Source: Pirellulales bacterium
GTDB lineage: Bacteria; Planctomycetota; Planctomycetia; Pirellulales; UBA1268
Length of the DNA: 64,000 nucleotides
Direction of reading: 5' to 3'
NCBI GenBank assembly: GCA_028066355.1
Contig: JALCBP010000003.1
Coordinates: forward strand, 1,751-65,750
Positions 9,881 to 19,677 of the stretch are shown one piece after another. The notes under the pieces were generated by a model that worked only from the letters and a program-made list of their open reading frames with translations, did no database searches and had not been told where the DNA came from. How positions within the stretch are numbered: the first letter of the stretch is position 1; the number at the start of each line of letters is the position of its first letter. The translations under genes and the position numbers were made by a program.

Positions 9881-9905
9881 TTGCGGAAGAAAAGTTCTTC
9901 CGCAA
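9881..9905 (-). terminator. Hairpin terminator between convergent pgk and nrdJ
   Basis: TTGCGGAAGAA-aag-TTCTTCCGCAA gives a perfect 11-bp inverted repeat. On the minus strand it is followed by CTGCTTTTGT, which fits termination of nrdJ (stop at 9931). Confidence 0.55.
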
Positions 9906-9930
9906 CTGTCCCTTGTAACCCTCTATTTAT

Positions 9931-12900
9931 TTAGCTGCATCCCATGCTGTTGCCACAGTTGTGGCAGAGATAGCAATTTCCATTTCGGACAGTAATTGAT
10001 CCGCAGTTATCACAGGCAGGGGCATCAATCTGAAATTTGGCGAACTGACTCTGTCTGTCGTCGGCACTGGCCTCAGGGTTTTCTGCCATTTTCAGGCCAG
10101 CACGTTCAAGAAGAGCAGCCGTAGTTCCATCGGTCCCTTTTCTCTTTGGAGCTGAGAGTGTCGCTGCCCGAGCGGTGACGTTGGCTTTCCCATTTCGCCC
10201 ACTTGGATGCCGGCCTCTACTTGTGGAGATTTGGCCACTTGCATTGTGTTTTCCATTGGTGGCTTCCTGCCCGTTTGCGTGCCCGCTCGCCTTCGTGGCG
10301 GCGGGCTTGGACTCACTCTCTCCATCTTCTCCTGCAGTGGCCTCCCCACCACTGCTACTGCCGGCTGGTCGATTTGCTTCACGATACCCAGGTAAGAATT
10401 CTGTTCCCATCCAGCGGAAAATATAGTCCACCAAACTCTTCGCGACAGGAATATCAGGGTTTTTGGTATAGCCCCATGGTTCAAACCGGGTGTGTGAAAA
10501 TTTCTTGGTATAGACTTCAAGAGGAACACCGTACTGAAGGCTCATGGATACAGCTGTTCCGAACGAGTCCATTAATCCACCAATGGTGCTACCTTCTTTT
10601 GCCATTGTGATGAATAGTTCACCAGGGCGACCGTCATCGTAGAGACCTACTGTGATGTAGCCTTCATGCCCACCAACATTAAATTTGTGGGTCACACTTC
10701 TTCGCGTATCAGGAAGACGTTCTCGTCGTGGTGCAGCAACAACCTTTTCTGCATTTTTATCACTTTCAGTACTCGTAGAAAGTGGCTGACTTTCTTTTGA
10801 TCCATCACGATATATTGCGATTGCTTTCAGTCCAAGTCGCCAGCCTTCCACATAAGCACCAGCAATATCCTCAGGAGTTGTTTCACGAGGCATATTTACT
10901 GTTTTTGAAATAGCACCGGAAAGAAATGGTTGGGCTGCTGCCATCATCTTGATGTGGGCTTCCCAGTTAATTGACCGTTTCCCAAGACGAGGCTTAAAAG
11001 CACAGTCAAAAACTGTGAGATGCTCATCTTGAATTTCAGGACAATCTTCGATGGTGTCATTTTTGTCGATGTAGGCAAGAATCTTCTCAATTGCTGGCTC
11101 TTCGTAGCCGAGTTTTCTTAATGCCAAAGGTACTGTTTGATTAACAATCTTCAGCATGCCACCGCCAGCAAGTTGCTTGTATTTAACAAGAGCAATATCA
11201 GGTTCAATACCGGTCGTATCACAGTCCATCAAAAAGCTAATAGTACCTGTTGGAGCAAGTACCGTTGCCTGGGCATTCCGATAGCCGTGCTGTCGACCCT
11301 CTGCCAGCACATCATCCCAAATCTGACGTGCCGCATCTCGTAAAGGTGCGGGGCAGGCTTCGTCAATTTCCTCAACGGCATCACGGTGCATCTGCATGAC
11401 ACGAAGCATTGGTTCGCGATTTGCAGCAAAACCTTCAAATGGACCGACAGCACCGGCAAGTTCTGCACTCGTGCGGTTTGCTGCACCGTGAAGGATTGCC
11501 GTAAGTGCACCACAAAGGCCACGACCAGCATCGGAGTCATAAGCCATGCCATCGGCCATAAGCAGACTACCCAAATTGGAATAACCAAGGCCAAGTGGAC
11601 GATACAGATGGCTGTTTTTGGCAATGCGTGCCGTTGGATAGCTGGCGTGATCAACAAGGATTTCTTGTGCGATCAGAAAGACTCGACACGCTGCAGCGAA
11701 TCGTTCAACATCAAATTCACCATCTGGCTTGCGGAATTTCATGAGATTGATACTTGCTAAGTTACATGCAGTATCGTCAAGAAACATGTATTCAGAGCAA
11801 GGATTACTTGCATTGATTCGACCAGAGTTTGGACACGTGTGCCAACGATTAATTGTTGTGTCATATTGCACACCTGGGTCACCACATTGCCATGCACACT
11901 GTGACATACGATCCATAATCTCATTAGCTTTATACGTTGGGCCGGCCTTCGAAGAGTCTGTTACCCAGCGAGTCGTCCACGAATCATTACGTTCTACAGC
12001 CTCCATGAACTCGTCAGTTAATCGAACCGAGAGGTTTGCATTCTGGAATAAAATAGAGCTGTATGCTTCTCCATTAAAATTCGCGTCGTAACCACCTTTT
12101 TCAATCAGAACACGTGCTTTCTTTTCTTCTCTGGACTTACATTCGATGAAATCCATGATGTCCGGGTGAAAGACTTTCAGTGACTGCATTTTCGCAGCAC
12201 GTCGTGTCTTCCCACCACTTTTGACGACACCGGCAATCTGGTCATAAACCCGCATGAACGAAAGTGGGCCGGATGGACTGCCACCACCCGAGAGCTTTTC
12301 TTTTTGGCTTCGAAGGGTCGTTAGGTCGGTGCCTGTGCCAGAACCAAATTTGAACAACATGGCCTCACTACGAGCCAATTCCATGATGTCTTCCATGTTG
12401 TCTTGGACGCTTTGAATGAAGCAGGCGCTTCCTTGTGGATATTCATAGGGATTATCAGGTTGCGTCACATCCCGACTGGCCTCATCCCATCGCCAATTGC
12501 ACTTGGCCCCTTGGACGCCATATTGGTGATATAACCCGACGTTAAACCATACCGGAGAGTTGAATGCACCATGCTGGTGAACACACAGCCATGCCAGGTC
12601 GCGGTAGAAGTTTTCACCATCTTCTGGTGTCTTAAAATAACCATCTGCAATGCCCCAATCTGAAATAGTACGGGCGACGCGATGGATAAGTTGTTTGACT
12701 GAATGTTCGCGTTCTGGAGTGTGAATCTCACCATAAAAATACTTGCTGACAACAACGTTGGTAGCCAGCTGGCTCCAGGCTGCTGGAATTTCACAGGCAG
12801 CCTGCTCAAAGAGAAGTTGACCATTCTCTCCCTTAATGGCTGCTGTTCGGAGTTCCCACTCTGTTGTGTCAAACGGGCTCTCAGCTTCAGTCGGGCAGAA

Positions 12901-13020
12901 TGTTGATTCAATTTCGATTCCCACTCGCTCGGAAGTCGACTGCGGGCCGCCAGTTCCAGAAGTTTCTTGTGAATGTGAGGCGGACGAAGCGACTTGAGTG
13001 GATGAATCGAACTGAGTCAT
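9931..13020 (-). CDS. nrdJ: Class II (adenosylcobalamin-dependent) ribonucleotide reductase
   Basis: The ORF is ~1030 aa. Class II RNR blocks are present (NPCSEYMFLDDTACNLASINL, LGLGYSNLG, ATVLAPTGTISF) along with the C-terminal Cys-rich tail CDNCGS..NGNCYLCHNCGNSMGCS. The ORF track starts at 13053. I prefer the ATG at 13020 because AGGAG (rc of 13029-13033) lies 8 nt upstream. A low-complexity Gly/Ser/Ala insert precedes the C-terminal tail. Confidence 0.92.
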   Translation of the reverse strand: MTQFDSSTQVASSASHSQETSGTGGPQSTSERVGIEIESTFCPTEAESPFDTTEWELRTAAIKGENGQLLFEQAACEIPAAWSQLATNVVVSKYFYGEIHTPEREHSVKQLIHRVARTISDWGIADGYFKTPEDGENFYRDLAWLCVHQHGAFNSPVWFNVGLYHQYGVQGAKCNWRWDEASRDVTQPDNPYEYPQGSACFIQSVQDNMEDIMELARSEAMLFKFGSGTGTDLTTLRSQKEKLSGGGSPSGPLSFMRVYDQIAGVVKSGGKTRRAAKMQSLKVFHPDIMDFIECKSREEKKARVLIEKGGYDANFNGEAYSSILFQNANLSVRLTDEFMEAVERNDSWTTRWVTDSSKAGPTYKANEIMDRMSQCAWQCGDPGVQYDTTINRWHTCPNSGRINASNPCSEYMFLDDTACNLASINLMKFRKPDGEFDVERFAAACRVFLIAQEILVDHASYPTARIAKNSHLYRPLGLGYSNLGSLLMADGMAYDSDAGRGLCGALTAILHGAANRTSAELAGAVGPFEGFAANREPMLRVMQMHRDAVEEIDEACPAPLRDAARQIWDDVLAEGRQHGYRNAQATVLAPTGTISFLMDCDTTGIEPDIALVKYKQLAGGGMLKIVNQTVPLALRKLGYEEPAIEKILAYIDKNDTIEDCPEIQDEHLTVFDCAFKPRLGKRSINWEAHIKMMAAAQPFLSGAISKTVNMPRETTPEDIAGAYVEGWRLGLKAIAIYRDGSKESQPLSTSTESDKNAEKVVAAPRRERLPDTRRSVTHKFNVGGHEGYITVGLYDDGRPGELFITMAKEGSTIGGLMDSFGTAVSMSLQYGVPLEVYTKKFSHTRFEPWGYTKNPDIPVAKSLVDYIFRWMGTEFLPGYREANRPAGSSSGGEATAGEDGESESKPAATKASGHANGQEATNGKHNASGQISTSRGRHPSGRNGKANVTARAATLSAPKRKGTDGTTAALLERAGLKMAENPEASADDRQSQFAKFQIDAPACDNCGSITVRNGNCYLCHNCGNSMGCS

Positions 13021-13192
13021 GTGCAAAACTCCTGATGAATATGATGGCCTCATAAAGACCTAACAAAGTGTACTCGCGTATAGGTTCTCAACAACTGGTA
13101 TCGACCGACATACGCGTCTGGAGTGAATCCTTCACTCCGTTAAATTCCCTAAAAACGTTACAAAGATAAAAGGCAGTTCCGTCTGCATGCTA

Positions 13193-13239
13193 TCGCAAGA
13201 TATTGTGGTGTTTACTACTTGGACCACTTGATATGGCAG
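13193..13239. promoter_or_regulatory. Candidate tandem NrdR boxes upstream of nrdJ
   Basis: Box 1 is 13193-13208 (TCGCAAGATATTGTGG). Its reverse complement matches 12/16 positions of the NrdR consensus acaCwAtATaTwGtgt. Box 2 is 13224-13239 (CCACTTGATATGGCAG), a weaker 9/16 match. The start-to-start spacing of 31 bp is the typical tandem NrdR-box spacing. The site lies ~175-220 nt upstream of the nrdJ start. Confidence 0.45.
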
Positions 13240-13564
13240 GGGGGTGAATGTAGCGGTCTGACAGCCCACGTCAAGCAGAAAAAATTGAACCCCTACGAAT
13301 ACCCTATTTGATGAGTTTTCGAACTTTCCGAGACGTTTGTGGACAGGCTTTTGTTCCAGCTAAAAAATAGCTCCTGCGAGGGGTTCAGCTGCCTTTTCAT
13401 CAAAACTACGGCCGGCTTCCTTCCCAAGAAGTTTCAGCAACGGTGTTTCCCCGACATCTTTTTACCAACGCATTGAAAACGAATCGGTGATAATGCAAAA
13501 AAGCGGTCCGATCTTTGGAAAAAATGCAAATTTTCCATACTCAAGCAAGTGAGGCAGGTCATCA

Positions 13565-14104
13565 ATGAATAAAAAACACCCGCTAGCAAAAACTCGCGTC
13601 CTGTGCCTCGTTGGTGAGGCTTATGAAGATCTGGAACTTTGGTATCCGAAACTCCGGATTGAAGAAGTGAGCGGACATGTCACACTTGCCGGCCCGCAGC
13701 AGGGGTATGAATATGCCGGGAAACATGGCTATCCCTGTGTAAGTGATGCCGCCTTTGGAGATATGGAGGCGGATGATTTCCATGGAATTCTCATTCCAGG
13801 AGGCTGGATGCCTGACAGTTTGCGTCGCGACCCAAAGGTGCTCCAACTTGTGCGGGACTTTGCCAATCATGGCAAGCTTGTTGCTGCTATCTGTCATGGT
13901 GGCTGGATTCCAATATCTGCTGGTGTCTACCGTGGTGTGCGTGTGACAGGAAGCCCAGGTATCCGTGACGATCTCATTAACGCCGGAGCTATCTGGGAAG
14001 ATACGTCCGTTGTCGTTGATCGACACTTTGTGTCCAGTCGGCGGCCAAGTGATCTCCCGGACTTTGCGTCAGCGATCCTTCGTGTGCTGTCTGATACGAC
14101 CTGA
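13565..14104 (+). CDS. DJ-1/PfpI family protein (type 1 glutamine amidotransferase-like)
   Basis: 179 aa. It has the nucleophile elbow AAICHGGW and DALLIPGG-like FHGILIPGGW, and the length is typical of PfpI. Confidence 0.85.
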   Translation: MNKKHPLAKTRVLCLVGEAYEDLELWYPKLRIEEVSGHVTLAGPQQGYEYAGKHGYPCVSDAAFGDMEADDFHGILIPGGWMPDSLRRDPKVLQLVRDFANHGKLVAAICHGGWIPISAGVYRGVRVTGSPGIRDDLINAGAIWEDTSVVVDRHFVSSRRPSDLPDFASAILRVLSDTT

Positions 14105-14215
14105 TTGTTTCAACGCCATGAGTAGACTGAGCATTAGGGGAAAAACCCAAACGAGAAGAAACTCTAAGACGCTTGTTGCCAGAATTGAATGACAGTCAAA
14201 AGGATACCGTTTTGA

Positions 14216-16015
14216 ATGAATTCTGAAGAAGAACTCATCGTACGAGCAGGTGGTGGATTGAAATCCGATACGTTTTTGCAACGGTTTCACTCAATCACCT
14301 GTAAAACAACCATCCTGACCTGTGTTGTTTTTGTTTCGATGCTCACCATCACTGTGACAGTTGGCTGCCAAGAACAGTCATCGCTTTACTTCGGAACGGT
14401 TGAGCCGCGGCATGGCCCACGAGAGCTTTGGATAAATAATTCAAGTGAACCAGAGTGGCTCGATCCTGGCCGATGTTCAGATAGTACAGGTGGTGAGATT
14501 ATCTGGAATACGTTTGAGGGACTTGTCCAGGCTCATCCATCTACTCTGAAGCCACTTCCAGCCATTGCAACGCATTGGGATATATCAGAAGACGGACGCG
14601 TGTACAGGTTTTATCTTCGCCCATCATTCTGGTCAGACGGTCACCCACTTACAGCAAATGACTTTGTGTTTGCGCTTCGCCGTCTTGTTGATCCACAAAC
14701 AGGGAGTAAGTATGCCAGCAATGGTTTTATTTTTCAGGAAGGTTTATCAATCAGTCGGGGTGAAGCGGACGTCAGTACTCTTGGTGTCCGAGCATTAGAT
14801 TCACACACTTTGGAAATTGAGTTGGTCGATCCACTACCATACTTTCTCAACTTCCTGAGTTTTTACTCCTTTATGCCTATCCCACAGCATCTTCTTCAAG
14901 ACCTCCAGCAACGAGGTATTGATGCAGATCTATGGACGCGACCGGAGCATGTTGTCTGCAATGGAGCATTTCGGATGACAGACTGGCAGTTTCGTCAGCA
15001 CATGACGTTTGAAAGGAACCCACATTATTGGGATGCTTCTTCTGTCAAGCTTGATCGTGTACGTGTCGCGATGGTCGAAAGTTCAACGACGGCAATGAAT
15101 ATGTATGTCGCTGGTGAATTTGATTGGCCAGGAGGAAGTACGTCACTTCCTGCTGAATTCATAGACCATCTAGAGAGATACAAGGATTTTCATAGTCATC
15201 CCTATTTGGGTGTGTACTTTTATTGGATCAATACAACGAAACCTCCGCTGGATGATCCACGCATTCGGCGAGCATTGTCTCTTGCAATTGATAGGGACTC
15301 ACTGGTGAAGCATGTGACACGTGGGGGACAGATAGGCTCATCCGATCTTGTACCTGATGGCCTTGCTGGATACGAAGGACTTCATCTGCCGGTTTATGAT
15401 CCAGTGGAAGCCAGGCGATTGCTTGCGGAGGCAGGTTATCCAACAGGTCAGGACGTGCCGGCAATCACGTTGTCGTTCAATACGTCCGAAGGACATAAAC
15501 AAGTTGCTGAAGCAATTCAGGCGATGTGGCAGCAGGAACTTGGGATTCCTGTGGACTTGGAGAATCAGGAATGGAAAGTTTTTCTGGCAAATGCCGAGCA
15601 AATGAATTTCCAAATTAGTCGTATGGGTTGGATTGGTGACTATGCAGACCCCTATACGTTCTTGGAACTTCTCACGAGTGACTGTGGGAACAACCACTCA
15701 AATTGGTCCAGTAAGACATACGACAAGTTATTAGAACAAGCCAATCAACAAAATAATCCAGAAGAGCGACTCAAAATATTAAGAAAAGCAGAGGCGCTTG
15801 CTCTTGAGGAACAACCACTAATTCCTCTTTACGTGTACACCCGAACACAACTGATTAAGCCTTATGTTCGAGGCATCTGGGGAAATCACCAGGATCGACA
15901 TCCATGGAAATATATGTGGATTGATGAAACGTTTAAACCAAATCAGGAAGTGCCGAATCAGGAAGTAAGTGATTCTGTCAGTAAGTCATGGAAACACATA
16001 CAGGTGCATGAATGA
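14216..16015 (+). CDS. ABC transporter substrate-binding protein, family 5 (Opp/Dpp peptide-nickel type), lipoprotein
   Basis: 599 aa. It has a lipobox-like TVTVGC and family-5 SBP blocks (WSDGHPLTANDFVF, RNPHYWD, GW.GDYADP). Confidence 0.85.
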   Translation: MNSEEELIVRAGGGLKSDTFLQRFHSITCKTTILTCVVFVSMLTITVTVGCQEQSSLYFGTVEPRHGPRELWINNSSEPEWLDPGRCSDSTGGEIIWNTFEGLVQAHPSTLKPLPAIATHWDISEDGRVYRFYLRPSFWSDGHPLTANDFVFALRRLVDPQTGSKYASNGFIFQEGLSISRGEADVSTLGVRALDSHTLEIELVDPLPYFLNFLSFYSFMPIPQHLLQDLQQRGIDADLWTRPEHVVCNGAFRMTDWQFRQHMTFERNPHYWDASSVKLDRVRVAMVESSTTAMNMYVAGEFDWPGGSTSLPAEFIDHLERYKDFHSHPYLGVYFYWINTTKPPLDDPRIRRALSLAIDRDSLVKHVTRGGQIGSSDLVPDGLAGYEGLHLPVYDPVEARRLLAEAGYPTGQDVPAITLSFNTSEGHKQVAEAIQAMWQQELGIPVDLENQEWKVFLANAEQMNFQISRMGWIGDYADPYTFLELLTSDCGNNHSNWSSKTYDKLLEQANQQNNPEERLKILRKAEALALEEQPLIPLYVYTRTQLIKPYVRGIWGNHQDRHPWKYMWIDETFKPNQEVPNQEVSDSVSKSWKHIQVHE

Positions 16016-16929
16016 TTCGTCTTCTCGTTCGACGCGTGTTGGAACTCATCCCAACGGTGTTGGTTATCGTCTTGGCATCATTTGCACTTGTGCGATTGGC
16101 ACCCGGTTCACCTTTTTCGAGCGAGAAGGAAATCCCGGCTGAGATTCGTCAGAAACTTGAAGCAAAGTATGGCTTTGATAAGCCACTTCCGGAACAGTTT
16201 GTTCGATACCTCGGCAATCTTTTGAAGGGAGATCTGGGACTTTCAACAAAGTATCCACAGCGCACAGTGAATGAGATTATTGCAAATGGTTTTCCTGTTA
16301 CCCTTACGTTAGCAGCAGTCGCTCTTCTCTGGTCCTTACTTGTGGGCATGACGGCTGGAATCATCGGAGCCGTTCGCCAGAATACAGTCTGGGATCATGC
16401 TGCAATGACCGCAGCGCTGATTGGCATTAGTGTGCCAAGCTTTGTCCTTGGACCCTTGCTTGTATTAGTGGTATCCCTTCGGTGGCATATGCTGCCTCCG
16501 GCTGGTTGGGGTGATTGGCAGCATGTGGTATTACCAGGTCTTACACTTGGCACGATTTACGCATCTTCGATAGCACGGCTCACTCGCGGTGGAATGCTTG
16601 AGGTAATTCGTAGTGACTTTATTCGTACCGCACGAGCCAAAGGACTTTCCGAAAAACTGATTGTCTGGCGGCATATGCTTCGCGGTGCACTGTTGCCAGT
16701 TGTAAGTTATCTCGGGCCTGCTGTTGCCAGCATGCTCACAGGAAGTGTGGTAGTTGAAAAGATATTCAATGTTCCCGGAATCGGACCATACTTCGTCGAT
16801 GCGGCTTTTAATCGGGATTACTTTCTTGTTATGGGCATTGTCTTACTGTACGCATTTTTCCTTCTTTTTATGAACCTTGTGGTAGATATTGTATACGGGT
16901 TGCTCGATCCACGGATTGATGTTTCATGA
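16012..16929 (+). CDS. ABC transporter permease (OppB/DppB type)
   Basis: 305 aa. The N-terminus (RRVLELIPTVLVIVLASFALVRLAPGSPF) and the EAA-type loop (IRTARAKGLSE) fit this family. It has a 4-nt overlap with the upstream gene. Confidence 0.9.
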   Translation: MIRLLVRRVLELIPTVLVIVLASFALVRLAPGSPFSSEKEIPAEIRQKLEAKYGFDKPLPEQFVRYLGNLLKGDLGLSTKYPQRTVNEIIANGFPVTLTLAAVALLWSLLVGMTAGIIGAVRQNTVWDHAAMTAALIGISVPSFVLGPLLVLVVSLRWHMLPPAGWGDWQHVVLPGLTLGTIYASSIARLTRGGMLEVIRSDFIRTARAKGLSEKLIVWRHMLRGALLPVVSYLGPAVASMLTGSVVVEKIFNVPGIGPYFVDAAFNRDYFLVMGIVLLYAFFLLFMNLVVDIVYGLLDPRIDVS

Positions 16930-17843
16930 AGAGGATTCAACAAGAAACTGTGGCTGAAACCAACGCGCATGAGAACGATCTCATCGCGGGTACATCACTT
17001 TGGCACGATGCCTGGAAGCGGCTCCGGAAAAACAATATGGCGTTGTCCAGCGGCATTATTATGATGTGCCTCAGCGTGGCCTGTCTTTGTGGTCCGGCAA
17101 TTTTAGAGATTATGTGGGGCTATGATGCACACACTCAGAATCTTGCATATGGTCCACAACCTCCATCATTACAGCATCCGTTCGGTACGGATTTCTATGG
17201 CCGGGATCTCTTAGTTCGCGTGCTTACTGGCGCCCGAGTGAGCCTTTCAATTGGAGTGCTTGCGGCACTGGTTGCGGCATCAATTGGCACAATCTATGGA
17301 GCAGTATCAAGCTACAACGGTGGCTTTGTAGATAGTTTCATGATGCGGATCGTCGATATTCTCTATGCATTACCGTATATGTTTCTTGTGATTATTCTTG
17401 TCACAATTCTTGGAAAAAGTCTGTTACTTCTTTTTCTTGCTCTTGGGGCTGTTGGTTGGTTACTGACAGCGCGTGTTGTCCGTGGGCAAGTGATGAGTCT
17501 CAAGGAACAGGATTTTGTTCTGGCGGCTCGTAGTCTTGGCACAACAAGTCGAGGTATTATTTTTCGACACCTTATTCCAAATACACTCGGCCCAGTCATT
17601 GTGACATTTACGCTCACAGTGCCTTCGATGATCTTGCAGGAAGCATTCCTCTCTTTTCTTGGTTTGGGCGTACAACCACCCCAGCCAAGCCTCGGAAGCC
17701 TCATTAATGACGGAGCAAATCAGATGTTGGTATTTTGGTGGACACTGGTTTTTCCCGGCGGAATCATGGCCACCATGCTCTTTGCGCTCAATTTCCTTGG
17801 TGATGGAATACGTGATGCGTTAGACCCACGCATGAAGATGTGA
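16926..17843 (+). CDS. ABC transporter permease (OppC/DppC type)
   Basis: 305 aa. Matching blocks are HPFGTDFYGRDLLVRV, FVLAARSLG and LIPN. It has a 4-nt overlap with oppB-like. Confidence 0.9.
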   Translation: MKRIQQETVAETNAHENDLIAGTSLWHDAWKRLRKNNMALSSGIIMMCLSVACLCGPAILEIMWGYDAHTQNLAYGPQPPSLQHPFGTDFYGRDLLVRVLTGARVSLSIGVLAALVAASIGTIYGAVSSYNGGFVDSFMMRIVDILYALPYMFLVIILVTILGKSLLLLFLALGAVGWLLTARVVRGQVMSLKEQDFVLAARSLGTTSRGIIFRHLIPNTLGPVIVTFTLTVPSMILQEAFLSFLGLGVQPPQPSLGSLINDGANQMLVFWWTLVFPGGIMATMLFALNFLGDGIRDALDPRMKM

Positions 17844-17886
17844 CGTCAGGAGCATGTACGCAGCTAAACGAGCCGAGCGTACCAAA

Positions 17887-19647
17887 CTAGTTCTTAGTCT
17901 TGGATTTTTTCATGGGACGAATGTTTTCCCAAGGAATGACCTGTGCCCGAGCAGCGTAGTCATCCCATGCATGAGCCATGTTCTTCGCGCGGCTTACCTG
18001 CTCATTTGAAAGATCATGCTGTTCAGATCGATCACTGGAGATATCGTAGAGTTCCCAAGGCTTATTAAACTCCGCAACCAGTTTCCATTTACCGTCACGA
18101 ATTGCTCGGTTCCCTTCATGTTCCCAGTAAAGTTTTCGGTTTGGCAATGTCTTTTTCTGAAACAGTGGCTGCAGACTCAATCCTTCAAGAGGAGTCTTAT
18201 TCTTTGGATAATTTGCATCAGCAACATCGACAGCAGTTGCCATTATGTCGATAAGATGACCGGGTGTTTCTTCCATACGACCAGGGTCAACAATACCGTT
18301 GGGCCAGTGCACAATGAGTGGTGTCGCAATACCACCTTCATGCACCCAGTGTTTGTACTTTCGAAAAGGTGTATTCGATACAGTTGCCCAAGCCTGACCA
18401 TACCCAATGTAGGTATCAGCAGGACCAGCCAAAACACCTTTGCCCTGACGAATCGGATACCCATCACGGGTCTGTTTTGGAATCATGTCTATTTGGAGTG
18501 CGTCAGCTTTCATACGAGGGAGTGGAGGAGTTGACGCTCTTGGTTTTCCGATAGTCCGTCGGCCCATCCCTTCCGCGCAGCCACCGTTGTCTTGCATGTA
18601 GCAGACGAGTGTGTTGTTGAATTGGTTTGTGGTTTCAAGAGCATCTACGATTTTTCCGATACCTTGATCCATCGAGTCAACCATGGCGGCATAGACTTCC
18701 ATATTGCGTTCATCCCATGGCCAATATTCACCCTGTTCACCCCATCGCTTTTCGAGGGGCCAGAGCGTTGTCGAACTCTTTGTCACAAGGCCATGTTGGA
18801 GCATCCTCTGATAACGATTCTCCCGAACCGATGAGTAACCATCTTTGTAGCGGCCTTTATATTTCAAAAGATCCTTTTCTTTTGCATGCATTGGCCAGTG
18901 GGCTGCGGTAAAAGCGACATACATGAAAAAAGGTTTTGTCGTATCGTGCTCATGAATAAAACGGACAGCATGATCAGCGATTGCATCAGTGTAATAATAT
19001 GAGTCTGGTTTGTAGGTGGGGTCGGCGTAGGGGGAAATCAAGGTATTATCTCTGACCAAAGTGTTTGGATCAAAAAAACTTCCGGCACCATGAATCGTTC
19101 CGTAGAACCGATCAAACCCGCGCTGGATTGGCCAGTTTTTTTTGTCTTCAGCTTTTTCTGGGGAGAGTCGGTGAGTGATATGCCATTTGCCAGCCATGTA
19201 ATTTTTATAGCCGGCAGGCTTCAGGGCCTCCGCAATCGTGCAGCAGTTATCCCCAAATTCTCCACGATAGCCAGGAAATCCCCTGTCATTCATCATATGA
19301 CCGATGCCGGCCTGATGAGGATACAGACCTGATAGCAAGCTTGCTCGAGTTGGGCAACAACGACCTGTATTATAAAACTGTGTAAATCGAATACCGTTGT
19401 GTGCAAGTCGATCTAAGGTGGGTGTCTCAATCTCACCGCCGTAACATCCGACATCAGAATAACCCATATCGTCGGAAAGAATTACAATAATATTTGGCTG
19501 AATCTCGGCATGTATAGACCGAGCAAGGCAGCCCACCACGAGACTCATTATCAGGCATGTACTGACTCGCAGAAAAGTGCCTCTGCCGTCGTTTGAGAGT
19601 CTGCTCTGACACATTATGAAATCTGCTCTGCCAGACATAGTCATCAT
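17887..19647 (-). CDS. Arylsulfatase-family sulfatase (formylglycine type)
   Basis: 586 aa with a signal peptide. Motifs are SDDMGYSDVGCYGG and the CxPxR motif in GRCCPTRASLLSG. Confidence 0.9.
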   Translation of the reverse strand: MMTMSGRADFIMCQSRLSNDGRGTFLRVSTCLIMSLVVGCLARSIHAEIQPNIIVILSDDMGYSDVGCYGGEIETPTLDRLAHNGIRFTQFYNTGRCCPTRASLLSGLYPHQAGIGHMMNDRGFPGYRGEFGDNCCTIAEALKPAGYKNYMAGKWHITHRLSPEKAEDKKNWPIQRGFDRFYGTIHGAGSFFDPNTLVRDNTLISPYADPTYKPDSYYYTDAIADHAVRFIHEHDTTKPFFMYVAFTAAHWPMHAKEKDLLKYKGRYKDGYSSVRENRYQRMLQHGLVTKSSTTLWPLEKRWGEQGEYWPWDERNMEVYAAMVDSMDQGIGKIVDALETTNQFNNTLVCYMQDNGGCAEGMGRRTIGKPRASTPPLPRMKADALQIDMIPKQTRDGYPIRQGKGVLAGPADTYIGYGQAWATVSNTPFRKYKHWVHEGGIATPLIVHWPNGIVDPGRMEETPGHLIDIMATAVDVADANYPKNKTPLEGLSLQPLFQKKTLPNRKLYWEHEGNRAIRDGKWKLVAEFNKPWELYDISSDRSEQHDLSNEQVSRAKNMAHAWDDYAARAQVIPWENIRPMKKSKTKN

Positions 19648-19677
19648 TTCAAACCTCCCATGACAATGTAAGAGTAC

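Noticed and set aside
13054-13192. Possible cobalamin riboswitch in the nrdJ leader
   Set aside because: I found no B12-box-like sequence. Only a small 7-bp hairpin is present (GGAGTGA/TCACTCC, 13120-13138). B12 riboswitches also normally repress B12-independent RNRs rather than nrdJ.
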